Of a stretch of DNA of 64,000 nt, positions 1 through 9,798 are shown piece by piece; position 1 is the stretch's first letter; each line of letters starts with the position of its first letter. The position numbers and the translations under genes are program-made. The notes below the pieces were generated by a model, which worked only from the letters and a program-made list of their open reading frames with translations, was not told the DNA's origin and searched no databases. This stretch comes from an uncultured Gemmatimonadota bacterium. GTDB lineage: Bacteria; JAAXHH01. The stretch lies in contig OX638340.1 of assembly GCA_951812955.1 (NCBI GenBank), forward strand, positions 3,488,001 to 3,552,000, written 5' to 3'.

Positions 1-1259
1 ACGCGGCGCACATCGAGACGGGCTCGCTTTCGGTGTCCCCCGTGCCGGTGGATCTGGCCGCCATGCTGGATCAGGCGAGGAACATGTTCATCGGCGTAGG
101 GCACAGGAATCCCGTCCTGATCGATATGCCCGCCGATCTGCCCAGGGTGCGGGCGGACCAGCAGCGCATCGTACAGGTCATCAGCAACCTGCTGTCCAAC
201 GCCGCGCGGCATTCGCCCGAAACATCCACCATTCGGGTGGAGGCGGCGCTGAAGGAACATCTTGTGGAGGTATCGGTCGTGGACGAGGGGTCCGGCATAC
301 CGACCGAGCGCCTGCCCCACCTGTTCAGGAAGTATGCCCGGAGCGACCGCGACGACCGTAGGGTCGGCCCCGGCCTGGGCCTGGCCATCTGCAAGGGCCT
401 GGTGGAGGCCCATGGCGGCCGCATCTGGGCCGAAAGCGTGGAAGCTGGCCCGGGTACGCGGTTCACCTTTTCGATTCCTGTGGCCGAGGAGGTCGAGCCC
501 GCGGCGGCGGACTATGGTTGGAGTCAGGCCTCCTCGCCCGGACGCTCCGGCCAAAGGAAACCAGCCATCCTCGTAGTGGACGACGATCCCCAGGCATTGG
601 TATACACGCGGAGCGTACTGGAGAACGCGGGGTACCACGCACTTGTGACCGGCGATCCGGAAAAGGTCCAGAACCTCATCGAGGCTCGCCAGCCCGATCT
701 CGTCCTGCTTGATCTGGTGCTGCCCGGTACAGATGGAATCAAGATGATGCAGAGCATGTCGGCCCTGTCTGAACGGCCGGTCATCTTCCTTTCCGCATAC
801 GGAAGAGACGAGACCATCGCCAGGGCTTTGGAAATCGGAGCGGCGGATTACGTGGTCAAGCCGTTCTCGCCCACCGAACTGATCGCAAGGATCCGCGCTG
901 CCCTGCGCAAGGACGCCGGGCCGCCCGAACCGTTCAAACTTGGCGAACTGGCCATAAACTACGACGAAAGGCGCGTGGTGTTCAAAGGTAGCCCGGTAAA
1001 AATGACGGCCACCGAGTACGACGTGCTCCGGGTCCTTACCGCCAACGCCGGCAAGGCGGTAACCTATGACCAGTTGCTGAGAAACGTCTGGCAGTCGCGC
1101 AATACCGGTGATGCCAGGGTGGTTCGCGCCGTCGTGAAGAAACTACGCAGCAAACTGGGCGACGAGGTGAAAAATCCCCGGTACATCTTTACGGAATCCC
1201 GTGTGGGTTACCGCATGGCCAAACCCGATGGAGCCCCTGATCCTGAAGACGCTCTGTAG
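1..1259 (+). CDS. Hybrid two-component protein: histidine-kinase catalytic (HATPase_c) domain fused to a REC receiver and an OmpR-type winged-helix DNA-binding domain; 5' end lies outside the window
   Basis: Frame is open from nt 3 (the first in-window start is GTG at 33). Motifs in order: N-box-like QQRIVQVISNLLSNAARHS; G-boxes DEGSGIP / GPGLGLAICKGLVEAHGG; REC ILVVDDDP...LVLLDLVLPGTDG...PVIFLSA; wHTH TATEYDVLRVL...VKKLRSKLGD...YIFTESRVGYRM. Stop is TAG at 1257-1259. Confidence 0.8.
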   Translation, partial: AAHIETGSLSVSPVPVDLAAMLDQARNMFIGVGHRNPVLIDMPADLPRVRADQQRIVQVISNLLSNAARHSPETSTIRVEAALKEHLVEVSVVDEGSGIPTERLPHLFRKYARSDRDDRRVGPGLGLAICKGLVEAHGGRIWAESVEAGPGTRFTFSIPVAEEVEPAAADYGWSQASSPGRSGQRKPAILVVDDDPQALVYTRSVLENAGYHALVTGDPEKVQNLIEARQPDLVLLDLVLPGTDGIKMMQSMSALSERPVIFLSAYGRDETIARALEIGAADYVVKPFSPTELIARIRAALRKDAGPPEPFKLGELAINYDERRVVFKGSPVKMTATEYDVLRVLTANAGKAVTYDQLLRNVWQSRNTGDARVVRAVVKKLRSKLGDEVKNPRYIFTESRVGYRMAKPDGAPDPEDAL

Positions 1260-1265
1260 TCCAGT

Positions 1266-1313
1266 GTGGCGGAGTAGACCAATGTTGCGGAGTAGCCCAG
1301 CGTTGCGGACATG
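1266..1313. repeat. Three tandem copies of an ~18-bp unit (GTGGCGGAGTAGACCAAT / GTTGCGGAGTAGCCCAGC / GTTGCGGACATG...)
   Basis: Read directly; lies immediately after the stop of the HK-RR gene. Confidence 0.6.
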
Positions 1314-1342
1314 TTAACTTCGACGAGCAGACCGCCAGGCCC

Positions 1343-1473
1343 ACGCGCATTCTTCAGGCATATTCTTCAGGCATATTCCTCACGCACATTCCTCGTACGC
1401 ATCCCACACGCGCATCCCTTACGCGTATCCCTCTCCCGCGTGTTTCTTACGCGCAATCCCTCCCGCACATCCC
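1343..1473. repeat. Degenerate ~13-bp tandem repeat array, about 9 copies (ATTCTTCAGGCAT, ATTCCTCACGCAC, ATCCCTTACGCGT ...)
   Basis: Read directly; fills the convergent intergenic space between the stop at 1259 (+) and the stop at 1474 (-). Confidence 0.6.
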
Positions 1474-2205
1474 TTAGAAATTCAATACGTTCGAACGGTA
1501 TCGCAATGGATCGTGTTCTATATATCCACCCGATAATGTGTGTTCGCCTAACGTAACATCACCGACCATTCTGTAGAGTCCGGACTCGGTCGGCGTGTAT
1601 ACGCATAGCCGGTTATCGTTGCGCACCGTTCCAGGTATGGTCGTCCAGCCGAATTCGTCCTGACGTTGCCACCTTGAATGGTGAAACTGGTATTGTACCC
1701 TCTCGTAAACAGATTGAGGATCGACTTCAATACAGGAACCGGAACCCTGCGCGGACAATTCAAAGAACTCCACGCTATCTGTAGTGACGATCAGCCTGGG
1801 CAATATGTGATAGCTTTCGTCATCGTCGGGATGGGCTGGAGCGTTTACCGTTACGGCAATGGTGATCGTGGCACTGTTCCCGCCGGGGTCGGAGGCATTG
1901 ACGGAAGCCGTAGCGCTTCCCTCGGCCAATGGCGTGATCGTCAGGACCGAACCGGACATGGCGACCGAAAGGACCGATGTATCGCTCGATTCCGCCGAGT
2001 ATCTCAGGGACCGCTCCTCGGGATCCTTGAAGGCCGTCGCGAAATCAATCATCAAACGCTCTTGCTCGGCAGTCAGCGTCTGCGCTTCAAAGGTCTCGAC
2101 AACCGTGGGCGGGAAATCCTGTGGGGGTCTTGGCTCTACGCTTTTCTCGCCGCCGCATCCCATGGCCAGGGAAACCAGCAGCATAGACATCGTAATGAAT
2201 TTCAT
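1474..2205 (-). CDS. Hypothetical lipoprotein with a bacterial Ig-like (BIG2-like) domain
   Basis: 243-aa ORF. Signal plus lipobox MKFITMSMLLVSLAMGCGG. The segment SVLSVAMSGSVLTITPLAEGSATASV...ATITIAV is BIG2-like. Confidence 0.55.
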   Translation of the reverse strand: MKFITMSMLLVSLAMGCGGEKSVEPRPPQDFPPTVVETFEAQTLTAEQERLMIDFATAFKDPEERSLRYSAESSDTSVLSVAMSGSVLTITPLAEGSATASVNASDPGGNSATITIAVTVNAPAHPDDDESYHILPRLIVTTDSVEFFELSAQGSGSCIEVDPQSVYERVQYQFHHSRWQRQDEFGWTTIPGTVRNDNRLCVYTPTESGLYRMVGDVTLGEHTLSGGYIEHDPLRYRSNVLNF

Positions 2206-2536
2206 GGGTTTCTCCCTCCTTATCGAAATGCCCGATCTTTCACGAATCCCGCTTCACTAACGTCTGAATGACCTGGTACCTCCCCAAGTAAGACTGACCG
2301 TGTCCCATACGGCCGATTTCCATTTTATCACATATAATACCAATAATATCACATAAAGATCATATATAACGGGTTTGGGATCCGGATAATTGTCGTGTCG
2401 GGTAAGTTTTCCGTTGTTATTCATTATTATGATTCATAATTATGTATATATCAATTCCTAAAATTACGGCTCGTTCTTTAGTGAACATACGTGGCGGCAT
2501 TTACTTCGCCATGTTTCATCCAAGGAGCGTACTTCG
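2206..2536. promoter_or_regulatory. AT-rich divergent intergenic/promoter region. Its 3' part and the adjoining N-terminal coding sequence are paralogous to 36300-36700.
   Basis: Local GC is far below the window average and there are no ORFs. It sits between the divergent genes 1474-2205 (-) and 2537-9769 (+). An AAGGAG Shine-Dalgarno (2523-2528) is correctly spaced before the ATG at 2537. Confidence 0.4.
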
Positions 2537-5500
2537 ATGTTTTTCGAGTCCCGACGGACTTTTAGGCGGTTCGGACGCGCCCGCGTCCAGTTGCTCGTTT
2601 CCCTGTCCTTAATCCTTGCCCTATCCTTGCTCGTCACGTGCGCCAGGGACAACCCCACGCAGTCCCGGTCCGCGGTCACGGCCCGGGTCGTGGTCACGCC
2701 CGAGACCACGGACCTGGCATCGGCAGGACAGTCCGTGCTTCTCAGCGCCCAGGCGCTTGACGACGCCGGCCTGGAAGTCTCGGAGACTCCTGTCACCTGG
2801 CGCAGCAGCGACCCGTCCGTTGCAAGTGTGAGCAAGAACGGCGTGGTCATCGCTACCGGCGAAGGCAGCGTGGTCATAACGGCCATGGCCGGCCAGAAGA
2901 CGGGAAGCGCGCGGGTGACGGTGTCGGATCCGGTGAGGCGGGCCCTGGTCGCCCTGTACAGGGCCACGGGCGGCGAGAACTGGAAGAACAGCGCGAACTG
3001 GCTCAGCGATGAACCCGTTCAGAGATGGCATGGGGTGACAACCGCTGCCGCGGGTAGCGCGTCGGGAACGCGTCCGCGCGCCGATGCGGCTGGCGCGGCG
3101 CTGAATCTGCCCGACAACGGCCTGTCTGGTACGATCCCGCCGGAACTGGGCGACCTGGTCCATCTGCGCGAACTGGACCTGTCCAACAACGGGTTGACGG
3201 GATCGATTCCACCGGAACTGGGCAACCTGTTCCGGCTCGAATTGCTGGATCTCTCCGGTAACCGGTTGTCCGGACCTGTCCCTGCGGAACTGGGCAATTT
3301 GTTTGTCCTGAAGTCTCTGCAACTACAGGACAACGCCGGATTATCCGGTCCCCTTCCTGTTTCTTTCTCCGGCCTGACGGGTCTGGAGACCATGGACCTG
3401 TCGGGCACGGGATTGTGCGCGCCGGCGAACGCGGGGCTTCAGAGGTGGCTCGGAGGAGTGACGACAAGACGGGGCGTCGCGAACTGCGGAGCCGTTGCCG
3501 AACAGGACCGGAAGGCGCTGATCGCGCTGTACGAGACCACGGACGGCCCGAACTGGACGAACAAGACGAACTGGCTGAGCGGGGCCGCTCTCGACCGTTG
3601 GTACGGAGTCTCCACCAACGCGGAAGGGCGTGTAACCGCCCTGCGTCTTTCCGGCAACCGGCTGTCCGGACTCATTCCGACGGCGCTGGGCAACCTAGCC
3701 GCGCTGGTTTCCCTGGACCTCGGGAGCAATGAGCTTTCCGGTACCATACCCGGGGTGTTGGGCAACCTGTCCGCGCTGGTTTCTCTGGACCTGTCCGACA
3801 ACCGGCTGTCGGGACCGATCCCGACAGTCCTGCTCACCCTACATAATCTGCAGACGCTGGACCTGTCCGGCAACCTGTTCGATCTTGAGGAGTCCACGGA
3901 CCGCGACGCCCTGGTCGCCCTGTACAACGCCACAGACGGTCCGAACTGGGTGCGAAAAGACAACTGGCTGAGCGACAGGCCGCTGGGCGAATGGTACGGG
4001 GTGACTACAGACTCTACGGGGAGGGTGACGGAACTTAATCTATGGACTCTAGATGAAGATAACAGATCCGCTAGCAATGGGTTGGCAGGTAGTATCCCGC
4101 CAGAGTTGGGCAACCTGACTAAACTGACACAGCTGGATCTTCGTCGCAATAGGTTATCGGGTAGTATACCACCGGAATTGGGCAACCTGACCAAACTGAA
4201 AACTCTGAGCCTTTCCATCAACGAGTTGTCAGGCCGCATCCCACCGGAACTGGGCAACCTGACCAACCTGATCTGGTTGTGGCTCGACCGTAATCAGTTG
4301 TCAGGCCGCATCCCACCCGAACTAGGTAGCCTGATCAAGTTGGATCAACTGTGGTTACAAGGAAATCAGTTGTCAGGCAGTATTCCATCGGAACTGGGCA
4401 ACTTGAGTAGCCTGAGGCAGCTAGCTCTTATGTCCAGCGGTTTGTCGGGCAGTATACCAGCGGAACTGGGCCGCCTGACCAACCTGATCTGGTTGTGGCT
4501 CGAAGATAATCAACTGTCAGGCCGCATCCCTTCAGAGTTGGGCAATCTGACCCGCCTGGAATCCCTGAGTCTTAACGGAAATGAGTTATCGGGCAGTCTC
4601 CCTTCGGAGTTGGGCAACCTGAGCAACCTGAAACGCCTGTATCTTTTTGACAATACCAATCTGTCGGGTCCGCTGCCCGATTCATTCACTCATCTCAATA
4701 TCGCCAGCCTGTTTCTACGTGGCACGGGGTTGTGTGTGCCGACGGACGCCGCGTTCCAGGCGTGGCTGCAGGGAATCAGGAATAAGGATGGTGTGGTGAA
4801 CTGCACGCTCGCGACGGATGATCGCGACGCCCTGGTCGCCCTGTACAACGCCACCGACGGGCCGAACTGGCGGAACGGCAGGAACTGGCTGAGTGACAGG
4901 CCGCTCGAAGAGTGGTACGGGGTCTCCACCAACGCGGAAGGACGCGTGGACAGCCTGAAGCTATTAGGAAATCGGCTATCGGGCAGCATTTCATCGGAAT
5001 TGGGTAACCTGAGCAACCTGCAAGTCCTGGATCTTCAACGCAATACTGGTTTGTCAGGCAGCATCCCGCCGGAGTTGGGCAATCTGACCAACCTGGAAGT
5101 GCTTGAATTTGATAGAGTTCCTTTGTCAGGCAGCATCCCGCCGGAGTTGGGCAAATTGAGGAACCTGCGTTATCTGGGTCTTTCCCGTAACCAGTTGTCA
5201 GGCCAGGTCCCATCAGAGTTGGGAAACCTGACCAATCTGGAAGTTCTGTGGCTTCACTTCAACGCCAATCTGTCCGGTTCTCTGCCCGCGTCACTCACTG
5301 ATCTCGATAAACTCCGAATCGTGAATCTACGAGGAACCGGGTTGTGCGCGCCGACGGACGCTGCGTTCCAGGCATGGCTGCAGGGCATAGGGAGCAAGAG
5401 TGGTGTGGTGAACTGCGACCCGGTGGGCCCTGTCCCGGGGGACGACCGCGCCGTCCTGGTCGCCCTGTACAACGCCACGGACGGGCCGAACTGGCGGAAC

Positions 5501-8500
5501 GGCACGAACTGGCTGAGTGACAGGCCGCTGAACGAGTGGTATGGGGTCGAGACCAACGCGGCGGGAAGGGTGACGGAACTGAGTCTTTTCGAAGTCGATG
5601 CAAACAACAGGCTAGTTCCCTACGGATTGTCGGGAAGCATTCCGCCGGAACTGGGCAACCTGAGCGAGTTGCAGGCACTGTATCTTCACGGCAACGAGTT
5701 GTCAGGCCGTATCCCGCCGCAACTGGGAAATCTGAGTAAACTTGTAGCCCTGGGCCTTTCCGAAAACGACTTGTCTGGCCGCATTCCGCCGGAACTGGGC
5801 AGTTTGAGTGAGCTAACACACCTGTGGCTTTATGGAAACCAGTTAACGGGCGGTGTCCCTTCGTCCCTGGGCAACCTGAGCAAACTGGAACGCCTGTATC
5901 TACATGCCAACAGCGGGCTTACCGGTCCCTTGCCTGATTCGTTCACCCAACTCAAACAACTGTTTCTACTGAGGCAGGACGGCACGGGCTTGTGCGTTCC
6001 GACAGACACCGCATTCCAGGAGTGGCTTGCTGGAATTCAAGTCAAGACAGGGGTGGTGAACTGCTCGACTCCCGACTCGGACGACCGTGCTGCCCTGATT
6101 GCGCTTTACAACGCCACCGACGGGCCGAACTGGCTTTTCAGCACGAACTGGCTGAGCGACAGGCCGCTCGAAGCGTGGTACGGGGTTACGACCGATGCGA
6201 CGGGTCGCGTTGTTCGGCTGAGTCTACCCGACAACCAGTTATCGGGTTCTATCCCCGCGCAACTGGGCAACCTGAGCAAGTTGAGAGATCTGACCTTGCG
6301 CAGCAACCCTTTATCGGGCCGTATCCCGCCTGAGTTGGGCAACCTGAACAACCTCGAACTGGTTGATTTTCAAGGCATCAGGTTTACGGGAAGTATCCCT
6401 CCGGAACTGGGTAACCTGACCAACCTGGAACATCTGTACATTACCTTCAGCCCGTTGTCAGGGAGTATCCCTCCAGAGTTGGGTAACATGACCAATCTGA
6501 AATCGCTCAACCTTTGGGGCAATCAGTTGTCAGGGCGTATTCCTTCTGAACTGGGCAACCTGACCAACCTGACATGGCTGGCTCTCAGCAACAATCAGTT
6601 GTCGGGCAGCATCCCTTCGGCCCTTGGCAACCTGAGCAATCTGCAAGGGTTGCTTCTTGACGGCAACTCCGCTCTGTCGGGTCCGCTTCCCGCTTCTTTC
6701 ACCGGTCTCGACCGGGTCGGGCGACTGGATCTTCTTGGTACGGGGCTGTGCGTGCCAACGGACGCAGCACTCCAGGCATGGCTCCAGGGGATCGGAACCA
6801 AGAGCGGTGTCGAGAACTGCACGCCCTCCGACTCGGACGACCGCGCCGCCCTGGTCGCCCTGTATAACGCGACCGACGGACCGAACTGGACGAGAAACGA
6901 CAACTGGCTGAGCGACCGGCCGCTGGGAGAGTGGTACGGGGTGACCACCGACTCTGAGGGTAGAGTGACACAGCTGCGGTTCGTAGGTGCAGATGGTTTA
7001 AGTGGCAACGGATTGTCGGGTTCGATCCCCCCGGAACTGGGAAGCCTGAGCGACCTGACATGGCTGAGCCTTCAGCATAACCAGTTGTCGGGCAGCATCC
7101 CTTCTACACTGGGAGACCTGAATAACCTGAGATGGCTGCAACTTTACAATAACCAGTTGTCAGGCAGCATCCCATCTGCACTGGGTAACCTGAGCAATCT
7201 GCAAGAGCTGACCCTTTACCGTAACCAGTTGTCGGGCAGCATCCCATCTGCGCTGGGCAACCTGGGCAACCTGCAAACCCTGGCTCTTAGAAACAACCAG
7301 TTGTCGGGCAGCATTCCATCTGCGCTGGGCAACCTGAGCAACCTGCAAACCCTGGATCTTCAAGTAAACACGGGCCTGACCGGTCCTCTGCCAGCCTCCC
7401 TCACAAATCTCGATGAACTGAATTACCTGTCTCTAAACGGCACAGGGTTGTGTGCACCGACGGAAGCGGCGTTCCAGTCATGGCTCGACGGGATACCAAA
7501 CAAGAGCGTTGTGGTGAACTGCTTCGTGGAGCAGGAAGACCGTGACGCCCTGGTCGCACTGTACAACGCCACGGATGGACCGAACTGGATGAACAACACG
7601 AACTGGCTGAGCGACGACCCGATTGGCAATTGGTACGGGGTGACCACCAACGCCGAAGGGAGGGTAACACGTCTTGGCCTGTACACTATAGTCAACAATA
7701 CATTTACCAGCAACGGTTTGTCCGGTCGCATCCCGCCGGAACTGGGCCGGCTGAGTAAGCTGGAAGTCCTTCGGCTTAGTCCAAACGAGTTGTCCGGTTC
7801 GATCCCGTCGGAGCTGAGCAACCTGAGCAACTTGACACGGCTTGAACTTGGCGGTAATGAGTTGTCGGGCAGCATTCCGCCGGAGTTGGGCAACCTGAGC
7901 AAACTGACAAGTCTGGGTCTTGCCGTCAATGAGTTGTCAGGTAGCATCCCGCCCGAGTTGGGTAATCTGACCAACCTGGAAGAATTGTATCTTCGCAACA
8001 ACACCGGCCTGTCGGGTCCTCTGCCCCATTCGTTCACTCATCTCGAAGATCTCAACGAACTGCTTATGGATGGAACGGGACTGTGCGTGCCGGCGGACGC
8101 CGAGTTTCAGGCGTGGCTAGACGGTATTCAAGGCAGGAAATGGGGGGTGGTGAATTGCGTCTCGCCTTCACCGGACCGTGACGCCCTGGTCGCACTGTAC
8201 AACGCCACGGATGGACCGAACTGGATGAACAACACGAACTGGCTGAGCGACAGGCCGATCGGAGAGTGGTACGGCGTGAGCGTAGACGCCGAAGGGAGCG
8301 TAACAAGCCTTCGCCTGTTCACTGATTCAACATCCAGCAACGCGTTTACCGGCAACGGGTTGTCGGGCAGCATCCCGCCGGAACTGGGTAACCTGGGCAG
8401 CTTACAATCGCTGGATCTTCGCTTCAACAGGTTGTCGGGGAGCATCCCTTCGGCCCTGGGCAACCTGGGGAACTTACAATCGCTGGATCTTCGCTTCAAT

Positions 8501-9769
8501 GTGTTGTCGGGCAGCATCCCTTCGGCCCTGGGCAACCTGGGCAACCTGACACACCTGTATCTCGAAAACAACCAGTTATCGGGCAGCATCCCGCCGGAAC
8601 TGGGCAACCTGGGCAACCTGACACTCCTGTCCCTGTTCTATAATGAGTTGTCGGGCAGTATCCCTTCGGCCCTGGGCAACCTGGGCAACCTGACACACCT
8701 GTATCTTGACGACAACCAGTTGTCGGGCAGCATCCCTTCGGCCCTGGGCAACCTGGGGAACCTGACGCGCCTGATACTTGACAACAACCAGTTGTCGGGG
8801 AGCATCCCGGGGAATCTGGCCCGTCTGCTCGACCTGGAATACCTGTGGCTTGACGGCAACGCGGATCTTACCGGGAGCCTGCCTGTATTTTTCGCCGATC
8901 TTTTAGATAACCTTCGTTCCCTTCGTCTGGAAGGCACGGGACTTTGCGCGCCAGGGACCGCCGATTTCCAGCGTTGGCTCCGCGGGATTGAAGAAAAGAA
9001 CGGTGTGGTGAACTGCGCCGCACAAGATCGGTCCGCCCTGGTCGCCCTGTACAACGCGACCAACGGCCCGAATTGGGAGCGCGACGACAACTGGCTGAGC
9101 AATAGACCCCTTGGAGAGTGGTACGGTGTCAGAACCGACGGAATCGGACGCGTGAGCAGTCTGAATCTCAGAGGCAACCAGTTATCGGGCAGCATCCCGT
9201 CGGAGTTGGGCAGCCTGAACAACCTGGAATCTCTGTGGCTTTCCGGTGGTTTGTCGGGTAGCATTCCATCATCCCTGGGCAACCTGAGCAATCTGGAGCT
9301 CCTGTATCTTGTCAGCCCGTCCAGCGGCGGGTTGTCAGGCAGTATTCCATCATCCCTGGGCAACCTGGGCAACCTGGAACTCCTGGTGCTTGCCGGCCGC
9401 CAGTTTGGCAGCATCCCTTCGTGGATGGGCAACCTGGGCGACCTGGAGCAATTGGTGTTACACGGTGTATCGGGCAGTATCCCGTCAGCACTGGGCAACC
9501 TGAGCAACTTGAAATCACTAAATCTTGCTTACAACGACGGGTTGATCGGCAGCATCCCACCGGCACTGGGCAACCTGGGCAACCTGACATCTATGAATCT
9601 TTTCGACAGCTCCAACCTGTCCGGTCCCCTTCCTACCTCGCTTACCCGTCTTGATCTTCTTGATACCCTGGACATTCGATTTACAGGCTTATGTGCGCCT
9701 CGGATCGCCTCGTTCCAGGCGTGGCTCCGGGGGATTGACGACAAACGGGGTGTGGTGAACTGCCAATAA
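2537..9769 (+). CDS. Giant surface lipoprotein (2410 aa): BIG2 domain followed by 10 tandem cassettes of a Cys-less LRRNT-like cap plus plant-type 24-residue LRRs plus a two-Cys C-cap
   Basis: Lipobox LLVTCARDNPT. BIG2 signature VVVTPETTDLASAGQSV...ITAMAGQKTGSARVTVS. The cap motif A[LV][IV]ALY.[AT]T.G.NW....NWLS..P...WYGV occurs 10 times. LRRs read L..L.L..N.LSG.IP.ELGNL. Each cassette ends in GTGLC.PTDAAFQAWL.GI....GVVNC. AAGGAG RBS upstream. Confidence 0.85.
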   Translation: MFFESRRTFRRFGRARVQLLVSLSLILALSLLVTCARDNPTQSRSAVTARVVVTPETTDLASAGQSVLLSAQALDDAGLEVSETPVTWRSSDPSVASVSKNGVVIATGEGSVVITAMAGQKTGSARVTVSDPVRRALVALYRATGGENWKNSANWLSDEPVQRWHGVTTAAAGSASGTRPRADAAGAALNLPDNGLSGTIPPELGDLVHLRELDLSNNGLTGSIPPELGNLFRLELLDLSGNRLSGPVPAELGNLFVLKSLQLQDNAGLSGPLPVSFSGLTGLETMDLSGTGLCAPANAGLQRWLGGVTTRRGVANCGAVAEQDRKALIALYETTDGPNWTNKTNWLSGAALDRWYGVSTNAEGRVTALRLSGNRLSGLIPTALGNLAALVSLDLGSNELSGTIPGVLGNLSALVSLDLSDNRLSGPIPTVLLTLHNLQTLDLSGNLFDLEESTDRDALVALYNATDGPNWVRKDNWLSDRPLGEWYGVTTDSTGRVTELNLWTLDEDNRSASNGLAGSIPPELGNLTKLTQLDLRRNRLSGSIPPELGNLTKLKTLSLSINELSGRIPPELGNLTNLIWLWLDRNQLSGRIPPELGSLIKLDQLWLQGNQLSGSIPSELGNLSSLRQLALMSSGLSGSIPAELGRLTNLIWLWLEDNQLSGRIPSELGNLTRLESLSLNGNELSGSLPSELGNLSNLKRLYLFDNTNLSGPLPDSFTHLNIASLFLRGTGLCVPTDAAFQAWLQGIRNKDGVVNCTLATDDRDALVALYNATDGPNWRNGRNWLSDRPLEEWYGVSTNAEGRVDSLKLLGNRLSGSISSELGNLSNLQVLDLQRNTGLSGSIPPELGNLTNLEVLEFDRVPLSGSIPPELGKLRNLRYLGLSRNQLSGQVPSELGNLTNLEVLWLHFNANLSGSLPASLTDLDKLRIVNLRGTGLCAPTDAAFQAWLQGIGSKSGVVNCDPVGPVPGDDRAVLVALYNATDGPNWRNGTNWLSDRPLNEWYGVETNAAGRVTELSLFEVDANNRLVPYGLSGSIPPELGNLSELQALYLHGNELSGRIPPQLGNLSKLVALGLSENDLSGRIPPELGSLSELTHLWLYGNQLTGGVPSSLGNLSKLERLYLHANSGLTGPLPDSFTQLKQLFLLRQDGTGLCVPTDTAFQEWLAGIQVKTGVVNCSTPDSDDRAALIALYNATDGPNWLFSTNWLSDRPLEAWYGVTTDATGRVVRLSLPDNQLSGSIPAQLGNLSKLRDLTLRSNPLSGRIPPELGNLNNLELVDFQGIRFTGSIPPELGNLTNLEHLYITFSPLSGSIPPELGNMTNLKSLNLWGNQLSGRIPSELGNLTNLTWLALSNNQLSGSIPSALGNLSNLQGLLLDGNSALSGPLPASFTGLDRVGRLDLLGTGLCVPTDAALQAWLQGIGTKSGVENCTPSDSDDRAALVALYNATDGPNWTRNDNWLSDRPLGEWYGVTTDSEGRVTQLRFVGADGLSGNGLSGSIPPELGSLSDLTWLSLQHNQLSGSIPSTLGDLNNLRWLQLYNNQLSGSIPSALGNLSNLQELTLYRNQLSGSIPSALGNLGNLQTLALRNNQLSGSIPSALGNLSNLQTLDLQVNTGLTGPLPASLTNLDELNYLSLNGTGLCAPTEAAFQSWLDGIPNKSVVVNCFVEQEDRDALVALYNATDGPNWMNNTNWLSDDPIGNWYGVTTNAEGRVTRLGLYTIVNNTFTSNGLSGRIPPELGRLSKLEVLRLSPNELSGSIPSELSNLSNLTRLELGGNELSGSIPPELGNLSKLTSLGLAVNELSGSIPPELGNLTNLEELYLRNNTGLSGPLPHSFTHLEDLNELLMDGTGLCVPADAEFQAWLDGIQGRKWGVVNCVSPSPDRDALVALYNATDGPNWMNNTNWLSDRPIGEWYGVSVDAEGSVTSLRLFTDSTSSNAFTGNGLSGSIPPELGNLGSLQSLDLRFNRLSGSIPSALGNLGNLQSLDLRFNVLSGSIPSALGNLGNLTHLYLENNQLSGSIPPELGNLGNLTLLSLFYNELSGSIPSALGNLGNLTHLYLDDNQLSGSIPSALGNLGNLTRLILDNNQLSGSIPGNLARLLDLEYLWLDGNADLTGSLPVFFADLLDNLRSLRLEGTGLCAPGTADFQRWLRGIEEKNGVVNCAAQDRSALVALYNATNGPNWERDDNWLSNRPLGEWYGVRTDGIGRVSSLNLRGNQLSGSIPSELGSLNNLESLWLSGGLSGSIPSSLGNLSNLELLYLVSPSSGGLSGSIPSSLGNLGNLELLVLAGRQFGSIPSWMGNLGDLEQLVLHGVSGSIPSALGNLSNLKSLNLAYNDGLIGSIPPALGNLGNLTSMNLFDSSNLSGPLPTSLTRLDLLDTLDIRFTGLCAPRIASFQAWLRGIDDKRGVVNCQ

Positions 9770-9798
9770 ATACCGTGTAAGAGATTCCCGGGAGTAAC

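Noticed and set aside
3439-9507. Long antisense ORFs (for example 3439-4266, 5295-5819, 7423-8037, 8638-9507 on the minus strand) and same-strand alternative-frame ORFs inside the 2410-aa LRR gene
   Set aside because: They lie entirely within a gene with strong domain evidence. They are low-complexity (R/P/S-rich), lack RBS and arise from the GC-rich, periodic LRR coding sequence. Judged spurious. The same reasoning applies to 10656-11267(-), 43623-44336(-), 47695-48408(-) and 46861-47637(-).
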